The translations under genes were made by a program, and so were the position numbers. Shown in pieces: positions 44,076 through 50,051 of a stretch of 50,051 nt of DNA. Origin of the DNA: a virus; the IMG/VR virus record IMGVR_UViG_3300022670_000458, positions 1 through 50,051 of that record. One strand, written 5' to 3'. Each line of letters opens with the position of its first letter. Within the stretch, counting starts at the first letter, position 1. The notes under the pieces were generated by a model, which had not been told where the DNA came from, did not search any database, and saw only the letters and a program-made list of their open reading frames with translations.

Positions 44076-45178
44076 CAGGCGTCTTTGATTGGGTAAATTG
44101 CTGCCCGCATACGTTCGCCGTAAAACAAAGATGGCCTGTCCTTGTCGATGATCATACGATCAATCTCACCGGACAGAAACATAACGCTCTTACCGTTCAG
44201 TGCAACGAATTCGTCTGGACCTTCTAGGCCTTTGACAGCGACGCGGGCGCCCTCATCTTTTGTGGGCTTAGATCCCATCCAACCAGGACCGAAGTACACC
44301 CTGGAGGTGTCGCAAAATGGTAGGTGTTTTTTGAGGCGGGCAAAGAAGTTGTCGGGAACGTCCTGCATATTTTCAGGAGCTTTAGGTGGGAATATGTCGG
44401 ACTCTTCAGGCCAACCGTCTTGCCAGAACTGCGAGCGTATCCATGCGCCATTCTCAAAGTGGATCGTGAAACTGTGCTGCCCAAGTCCGACACCTACGAT
44501 AGGTTGCTTGACCTTGGCCACTGCTGCGACGAACACCTTAGGTAAGATGACAGGCGGTACAACACACCCATGGTGGAATTGGATAAACATTTCCTTATCG
44601 CACACCGACATCACACCAGCGCCTAGCTTTAGACTGCTAACCATGATACTGTCGCCCGATGCTTTGATCAGCTTTTCAAGGATTTTGAAACCAGCTTTCA
44701 AATTATCATCAACAGCGCCGACGTTGGGATCCTCCGCTACGGGTTGGAAGCCTGACACCGCGAGACTCGGGATGTCTATAGCTAGGTCGCCCACAGTAAG
44801 TTGAAGCGTGTTGACATCAACCTGCGTGACCGTATCGCCGTCGGTAAAGTCTTTAAGCGCATTGGTCAGGGTATCGGCATGGGCGCAGATACTGAGCTCC
44901 GTTTCCAAGATTGGGTACCCGGCAGCCAAGGTGCGGTTGAAGCCTACGGCATAGCCGTTATGCAGTCTTACATACGTGTGCTCGTCCTCACCTTTCTTTA
45001 GCACCGCCGGTTTGATAAACTTCATTGCTGTGAGCAACTGCGCTTCCACCTTCTTCGGCTTCTTTGGTGCGGCGGGTTTATTTTCTGGCTCCGGCTTCTT
45101 CACAGGCGGGACGTCAATCATACCGTCGGTCAATTCTCCGCCGTATGTTTCTATCTCTTCTGGTGTCATTTTACTCAT
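44075..45178 (-). CDS. Replication-module protein (367 aa), possibly a beta-clamp-like processivity factor
   Basis: Stop overlaps the polymerase ATG (ATGA). Lys/Pro-rich N-terminal linker. The clamp assignment is only a pattern-and-position guess. Confidence 0.7.
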   Translation of the reverse strand: MSKMTPEEIETYGGELTDGMIDVPPVKKPEPENKPAAPKKPKKVEAQLLTAMKFIKPAVLKKGEDEHTYVRLHNGYAVGFNRTLAAGYPILETELSICAHADTLTNALKDFTDGDTVTQVDVNTLQLTVGDLAIDIPSLAVSGFQPVAEDPNVGAVDDNLKAGFKILEKLIKASGDSIMVSSLKLGAGVMSVCDKEMFIQFHHGCVVPPVILPKVFVAAVAKVKQPIVGVGLGQHSFTIHFENGAWIRSQFWQDGWPEESDIFPPKAPENMQDVPDNFFARLKKHLPFCDTSRVYFGPGWMGSKPTKDEGARVAVKGLEGPDEFVALNGKSVMFLSGEIDRMIIDKDRPSLFYGERMRAAIYPIKDA

Positions 45179-45186
45179 GGTATCTC

Positions 45187-46815
45187 CTAAAAGTCATGGC
45201 TAATAATCTCTGGATATTTTTTGTTTTCCCATACGCGCACCACTTTTGGTACACGTAGTTGGGCGGTTTGTTCAAGGGCATTTACAACCGTCGCCGGTAC
45301 AAGCACAGGCTGGCCGTTTTCTGGTACGAATCTTTCGCGCCACCACTCACGGGCTTTGTGTAACGGTAGGCGTTCGGATTCAAAGTGGATCCATTCGCGG
45401 AAAGAGTTCAAGCCGCCATCACAGTAGTACGTAACACGCATTGATAATGTGCTGCCGTTCTTTGGCGTGTGCGCGTGATAAACAACGCTACTTACAGTGT
45501 GCGGCGTGACCACGGGTGTCTCGGTCGCCATAACTGCTGTGACGCTGGCGGTGCTCTTTATCTTCTCAAGGACAGGGAACGGGTGTTCACATAGGATACA
45601 TTCGCGGGCGCTGATGTGGTTGTATGTCCCGCACTCATTGCACACCTTTACCGGAGCGTCGCCGCCGCCCTTACCCCTCTTCTTAGGTATACACGGATCG
45701 TCGATCGGGCCGAGGCGGGCAGTGTTACCGGCGTAGTCAAGCAGTAAACAGTTTTCTTTGCCCGGAGACATACGTGTACCACGCCCCGCCATTTGTACCC
45801 AAAGGCCTGGACTTATTGTGGGCCTGAGCATACCAATAAGATCAACCGGCGGGTGGTCAAACCCTGTGGTAAGAACATTGTTGTTGACCAGGCACCGCAG
45901 TTTTCCGGCTTTGAAATCCTTGATACGCATGGTGCGTTCCTGATTACCAAGCTTAGAGTGGACAGCAGCAGTAGGGATACCGAAGCTTTGAAGCATCTCT
46001 GCAATGTGTTCGGAATGCTTTACGCCGGTCGCAAAAATAAGCCATGATCGCCGATCGGTACCCGACGTGCACAGCTCTTGTAATGCTTTGAACGTTACGT
46101 CATTACGATCAACGGCGGCTTGTAACTCCCCCGCTTTGAAGTCACCGTTAGCTATACCAACGGAAGATAGATCAAGTTCGGTCGATGTCTTTTTAGGAAT
46201 GAGCGGGCATAGGTAACCTTCGGCGATGAGTCTGGCGAACCCTTCACGGTCGGTCTTGTTATATATAAGATCAGTAAACAGGTTAGACTCATCATCAAGG
46301 ATGGTACCTTCATTGAAAAGTTTACCATGCCCGAGGCGGTACGGTGTAGCAGTGAGCCCTATCACCTTCAAGTGTGGATTGATACCTTTGAGTGTGTCGA
46401 TTACTTTACGGTAGGCGGTCTCCCCTTCAGGGCTGACCAAGTGCGCTTCGTCTATAAAGATAATGTCACGGTGCCCGAAACGTTCTACTTTGTTTTTGAC
46501 ACTGGCAATCCCACCGAAGATAACAGCGTCCATGTAGTCCTTACGCTTGAGACCTGCGGAGTAGATGCCCACAGGTGCCGAGGGCCACGCCTGAAGGAGC
46601 TTGGATGCGTTCTGCTCGACCAACTCTTTTACATGAGCCATGCAAAGAAAGCGTTGTGATGGCCACTGTTGCAAAACGCCGTGTATAAATCCAGACTGGA
46701 CATGGCTTTTCCCCGTACCTGTGGGCAATGCGATGAGCGGGTTACCTGTTTTCCCGCTGCTAAAATAATCGTAGATGCTATGGATGGCTTCCTTTTGGAA
46801 GTAGTAATCCTTCAC
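45187..46815 (-). CDS. SF2 (DEAH) DNA helicase (542 aa)
   Basis: Walker A LPTGTGKS. Motif II FIDEAH. C-terminal Cys4 (CNECG...CILC). GTG start. Confidence 0.9.
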   Translation of the reverse strand: MKDYYFQKEAIHSIYDYFSSGKTGNPLIALPTGTGKSHVQSGFIHGVLQQWPSQRFLCMAHVKELVEQNASKLLQAWPSAPVGIYSAGLKRKDYMDAVIFGGIASVKNKVERFGHRDIIFIDEAHLVSPEGETAYRKVIDTLKGINPHLKVIGLTATPYRLGHGKLFNEGTILDDESNLFTDLIYNKTDREGFARLIAEGYLCPLIPKKTSTELDLSSVGIANGDFKAGELQAAVDRNDVTFKALQELCTSGTDRRSWLIFATGVKHSEHIAEMLQSFGIPTAAVHSKLGNQERTMRIKDFKAGKLRCLVNNNVLTTGFDHPPVDLIGMLRPTISPGLWVQMAGRGTRMSPGKENCLLLDYAGNTARLGPIDDPCIPKKRGKGGGDAPVKVCNECGTYNHISARECILCEHPFPVLEKIKSTASVTAVMATETPVVTPHTVSSVVYHAHTPKNGSTLSMRVTYYCDGGLNSFREWIHFESERLPLHKAREWWRERFVPENGQPVLVPATVVNALEQTAQLRVPKVVRVWENKKYPEIISHDF

Positions 46816-46985
46816 GGCCGCATACCAACCTTAGGTTGGCACTTGGGGCAGTAACCTCTTATAAGTGCCCCCTGTGGTTTTAGGTAAAGCCATCCGTGCG
46901 CGTAAGTCCTAGGGTGCTTAATCCTGCAAAGATGGCACAATGATTTACGCACAGTCGTGTAGCTTGGGTACCAATCGCCCTTCAC
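46812..46985 (-). CDS. Hidden zinc-ribbon mini-protein (57 aa, below the ORF-track cutoff)
   Basis: GTG 46985 overlaps the nuclease stop (GTGA). Its TGA overlaps the helicase GTG (GTGA). Own translation (M)KGDWYPSYTTVRKSLCHLCRIKHPRTYAHGWLYLKPQGALIRGYCPKCQPKVGMRP. Confidence 0.45.
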   Translation of the reverse strand: MKGDWYPSYTTVRKSLCHLCRIKHPRTYAHGWLYLKPQGALIRGYCPKCQPKVGMRP

Positions 46986-47842
46986 GCGATCGGCCTATAC
47001 TTGTCGCAGCTCTTCGGAAGAAAGTCTTTCTCTAAAATCTGTTGATGCTGGTCGCACCACCATTGCCCGTCGTGGCTGGGCTTACAGTCGGCGCATGACC
47101 TACAGTTACGCTCGACCGGCGCTTCCTCATGGCAAATGGAATGCATATCGCACCACTTGCATTTATAGAAGGTAGGGTCGGCTGATATTTTCATAGGTGC
47201 TGTTTCAGCTAAGATAATGTCTTCGGCTTTGCGGTGGCTGTCGGCCCCCAACTCCCAATCAAGCGCGCAAATCTCTACGTACAGTTCGTCGGTGTTCTTA
47301 TTGATGCAGATGTATATGGCGTACTTGACATGGTAGCCGACGCCGTAGGTGCTCATTTGCTGGAAGTGTTCCGGGCAGGCAGCAGCGACGCCACTTGAAG
47401 CCAGTACCTTGAACCGCTTGTCATTGCTAGTTTTGAACTCAGCCAGCAACATCTCAAAGCCACCTAAGTGTGGGGGTAACGTTATAAACCCGTCAAGTCC
47501 TCCGCCGAAGTGGCCGTTCACACCGCTTATCCTGTGTTGAGTTACCCCGTCTGCCTGAAATTCTGATACTCCGCAGCCAATGCCGCGCAGCCATTCAACG
47601 AAACGGATCTCTTCTAGGTGCCCACGATTGAACAAACGGAGCTGTTGACCTGTTAATTTAGGGGCTTTGCACCACCGAAATACATACCACAGGTAACGTG
47701 AGCACTCCTTACCTATCAGAGAGGCCCCTAGGTGGTTCCTATGCCCATCGCCATACTTCTCTTGACAGAATGTATCAATGGACGCTAAGAGGGCGTCAGC
47801 AAGCTTATTTCGTCCCTCACGGGTATCGATTGAGTGTGTCAT
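46982..47842 (-). CDS. Cas4-like / RecB-family PD-(D/E)XK nuclease with C-terminal Cys cluster (286 aa)
   Basis: ATG 47842 after CTAAAGGAAAG. LDGF...LAEFK (D...ExK). QQMSTYG (QxxxY). CKWCDMHSIC plus further Cys residues. Confidence 0.8.
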   Translation of the reverse strand: MTHSIDTREGRNKLADALLASIDTFCQEKYGDGHRNHLGASLIGKECSRYLWYVFRWCKAPKLTGQQLRLFNRGHLEEIRFVEWLRGIGCGVSEFQADGVTQHRISGVNGHFGGGLDGFITLPPHLGGFEMLLAEFKTSNDKRFKVLASSGVAAACPEHFQQMSTYGVGYHVKYAIYICINKNTDELYVEICALDWELGADSHRKAEDIILAETAPMKISADPTFYKCKWCDMHSICHEEAPVERNCRSCADCKPSHDGQWWCDQHQQILEKDFLPKSCDKYRPIA

Positions 47843-47943
47843 ACTTTCCTTTAGGTACAGGGGCCGTACCCGAATATAGAAGGCCGTGTTCACGCACGGA
47901 GGCTATACCCAGAGACGACCCCCTAGTTTTCTTCTCTCAGAGC

Positions 47944-48669
47944 CTAAGCATTCCAGTTTGCGACTGGGGCCGGCGGTACGGTTCCTGCAGGTTGTCCAGA
48001 CCACGGCGCGGCTACAGGCGGTACACCGGCTTCGGGGGCAGGTGCAGGTGCTGGCGCAGCGGCAGGAGGCGGCGGGGTTGGTGCTGCTGGTGCCGGTGCA
48101 GGTGCCGCAATGGGCGCGACGGGTGCCGGAGCAGGCGCAGGTGCCGCTAAAGCAGGAGGCGCAGCAATTGGAGCAGGTGCGGCCAATGGTGCAGCGACTT
48201 GAGCTACCGGAGCTGCTTGCCCAGCAGCAGCAGGAGCCGCGCCCTTAGCAACAGGGTTGCCTTGCATATCCAAGTAACCTTTTACCTGGCTACGAGTTTT
48301 ACCATCACCACCGATCTCTTCCTTGACATCAACCATAAGCTGTTGTTGCCACAGTTCAGGACATCCGTTGTCAACATTGACTTTGAACACGCCCACAGAA
48401 TGGCACAAGGCGGATAGCTCGCGTTGTGCGATGTCGGCCGTTTGGGCAGATTTGTGCCACAGGTTGAAACCGGGGTACAACTTACGTCCGGCCATATCAC
48501 CCGACTGGATGATAAGCTCAAAAGACAGGCGTTTGTTGCCGGTACCTTCGTTTGTTTTGACCTCACCTTTAGCGATAAGTACGGGGTACTTACCGGTAGG
48601 TACAGGTTTGGCGCTCGACGCCGGGTCGACTGTCGTCGCATCAAAAATATAGGGTTGGTTTGGGTCCAT
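47944..48669 (-). CDS. DUF669-type SSB-like protein with an about 100-aa Ala/Pro-rich C-terminal tail (241 aa)
   Basis: N-terminal 140 aa fit the DUF669 pattern (GKYPVLI...RLSFELII..G..AGRKLY..FNLWH...IAQRELSALC). The C-terminus is an AP-rich low-complexity tract. Confidence 0.75.
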   Translation of the reverse strand: MDPNQPYIFDATTVDPASSAKPVPTGKYPVLIAKGEVKTNEGTGNKRLSFELIIQSGDMAGRKLYPGFNLWHKSAQTADIAQRELSALCHSVGVFKVNVDNGCPELWQQQLMVDVKEEIGGDGKTRSQVKGYLDMQGNPVAKGAAPAAAGQAAPVAQVAAPLAAPAPIAAPPALAAPAPAPAPVAPIAAPAPAPAAPTPPPPAAAPAPAPAPEAGVPPVAAPWSGQPAGTVPPAPVANWNA

Positions 48670-48687
48670 GCTTTACTCTCCTTCGAG

Positions 48688-49407
48688 TTATGGTTGTAGG
48701 ATTTTCCCGAATAAATACGTTAGATCTGCGTGTGGTTCGATGGGGTCTAAGTATCCGCCTCGATCCTTAGCGGTGATGTTGGCATTACCAGACGTCCGTA
48801 GGGCGCGATACTCTACCCCTTTTGGGTCAGTTATGGTGTGCAGATAAAAGACCTCATCAAAAAAGAACGGTAGGTCGTTGAGCATAACTTTACCCGGTAC
48901 GTGTGGGCGCGTCGTTATCAACCCTGTGGTTTCGTCTTTGACGTGCACATCCTTAGCGGAAAAGTACACATGCCGACCTTGAAGACCACGGAACGCCCGT
49001 AGGATCTCAGCCAAGGCTGTGTTGTACTTACCGTAGGCCTGCTGACCGTGTGACGTTTTACCAAGCTCTTCCTTTAGAACAAGCTCGGCGATCTCAGAGA
49101 TAGAATCGAGACACACTGTTTGACAGAAGGCGACGTCTTGCGAGTTAGAGGCAAACATGTTATACGCGTCCATCAGATCCGCCACCGACGTGATCTCGTA
49201 GACAGGTATATCAAACGCCGGGTTGCCTGTCTGAATACGGATATCCGCGATGACCTTTTTCAAGGTCAACAGCCCGCTTTCAACGGACAGGATGACAGGG
49301 GCCGGGGCCGTAGCACAGAGTCGAGTCTTACCCGCCCCTGCTGCACCATAAATAAGTGCTTTGACACCCGCCGTGGCGGCCATTTGATAACATGATTGCA
49401 GTTGCAT
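48688..49407 (-). CDS. Sak4-like RecA-fold ATPase (AAA_24 type, 239 aa)
   Basis: Walker A ALIYGAAGAGKT. Walker B-like VCLDSISE. AAGGAG RBS. Confidence 0.8.
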   Translation of the reverse strand: MQLQSCYQMAATAGVKALIYGAAGAGKTRLCATAPAPVILSVESGLLTLKKVIADIRIQTGNPAFDIPVYEITSVADLMDAYNMFASNSQDVAFCQTVCLDSISEIAELVLKEELGKTSHGQQAYGKYNTALAEILRAFRGLQGRHVYFSAKDVHVKDETTGLITTRPHVPGKVMLNDLPFFFDEVFYLHTITDPKGVEYRALRTSGNANITAKDRGGYLDPIEPHADLTYLFGKILQP

Positions 49408-49417
49408 ATTTTCTCCT

Positions 49418-49666
49418 TTATTGTGGTGCTAGTGGGATACCGAATACGGTACCAACACCGTCTGGATGCTGCGCCCTCATCACGTTAGGCGCACGTTGTA
49501 TGTATCGGTATATAGCTGTCTCTTGCGCATAAGTGCAGCGTATGTAGACGATGTTCAAGTCATCGTCGAGAACATGTATAGCACTAATAGCGTCTGCGAT
49601 AGTCATTACCAAATTAGCGTTGTCAGTATGTTTGCGGATATCTATACAGCGTGATCTGTAATTCAT
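49418..49666 (-). CDS. Hypothetical protein (82 aa)
   Basis: ATGA overlap with the upstream gene. Confidence 0.65.
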   Translation of the reverse strand: MNYRSRCIDIRKHTDNANLVMTIADAISAIHVLDDDLNIVYIRCTYAQETAIYRYIQRAPNVMRAQHPDGVGTVFGIPLAPQ

Positions 49667-50051
49667 TATACGATCTCTGGTAAGACTTCGTCTACCTTAG
49701 GCTCAACAACCTCTAAAGTGTGCGACCCGGGCTTGGTAGTAATGATGGTGTTTACGATCTTGCGTTGTTTTTCGTCAAGCTTTTTGTATTCGGATACAGA
49801 TAGTTCGGCTTTCCATTTGAACAAGCGACCGGCTACGGCTTGATCCATCTTCTTTATACATGCGTCAATTTCGGGACGTTTGGGTAAAGACATATTGTGT
49901 ATGATGACAGCTTTGAGAGTACGCCCGTTTTCCAAGTCTATTTTCTGTGTCCCAGTCTTATCTACGTTGAATTGCTTGGCAACGATGGCGGCTCGTAGCG
50001 CACGCTCTTGGTTCTGCCAAGCCGTGGCATTATGTTTAGCCTCTTGCTGGG
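49666..50051 (-). CDS. 3' part of the wrap-around gene (5' end runs off the window; see 1-193)
   Basis: The frame is open to the window end. The track's TTG start at 49935 is internal to the reconstructed 144-aa ORF. Confidence 0.7.
   Translation of the reverse strand, partial: QQEAKHNATAWQNQERALRAAIVAKQFNVDKTGTQKIDLENGRTLKAVIIHNMSLPKRPEIDACIKKMDQAVAGRLFKWKAELSVSEYKKLDEKQRKIVNTIITTKPGSHTLEVVEPKVDEVLPEIV
49908..50051. repeat. Second copy of the 144-bp terminal repeat
   Basis: Exact match to positions 1-144. Confidence 0.95.

Noticed and set aside
47698-48248. Arg/Cys/Gly-rich plus-strand ORFs (150 and 120 aa) that look like repeats
   Set aside because: They are antisense to the GC-rich Ala/Pro-coding repeats of the DUF669 gene, so they are an artefact of low-complexity sequence. 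The DNA repeats are imperfect, unspaced and coding, so this is not a CRISPR array.
1-50051. Search for lysogeny, CRISPR, rRNA and transposon features
   Set aside because: No integrase or recombinase motifs, no CI/Cro-type pair beyond one small HTH candidate, no repeat-spacer arrays, no rRNA-like sequence, and no inverted-repeat-bounded transposase genes were seen. Absence is judged by eye only.

Overview
The window is an essentially complete, gene-dense tailed-phage genome. Positions 1-144 recur exactly at 49908-50051, so the contig closes on itself (unit 49,907 bp) and one gene is split across the window ends. The layout, read from the sequence, has seven parts. (1) A leftward replication/recombination operon (42036-50051 plus 1-193) encodes a family A DNA polymerase, a possible clamp-like protein, an SF2 helicase, a hidden zinc-ribbon mini-gene, a Cas4-like PD-(D/E)XK nuclease, a DUF669 SSB-like protein and a Sak4-like ATPase. 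It appears to be driven from a divergent promoter pair at 248-340. (2) A rightward unit encodes an HTH protein, a prim-pol/helicase and an HNH endonuclease (379-3231). (3) A leftward operon of orphan early genes runs from 7367 to 3279. (4) A 0.7-kb AT-rich non-coding control region (7368-8085) carries near-consensus divergent promoters, TATACG repeats and an (AT)10 tract. (5) A rightward early island (8086-12119) encodes small, often Cys4 zinc-ribbon proteins and contains a 99-nt tRNA-like gene with no canonical anticodon arm. (6) An accessory fibre cluster (12151-18658) includes a 911-aa protein with four LamG-like modules and is followed by two overlapping lipoprotein genes and a VRR-NUC nuclease. 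(7) The late region encodes a CheY-like receiver-domain protein coupled to terS, then terL, portal, scaffold, capsid, connectors, tail tube, G/GT chaperones with an A_AAA_AAC -1 frameshift site, tape measure, a lambda-type M-L-K-I-J tip and distal fibres. I could not recognise an integrase, repressor, endolysin or holin. All functional calls rest on motifs I could read by eye, with no database search, so orphan genes are left as hypothetical.
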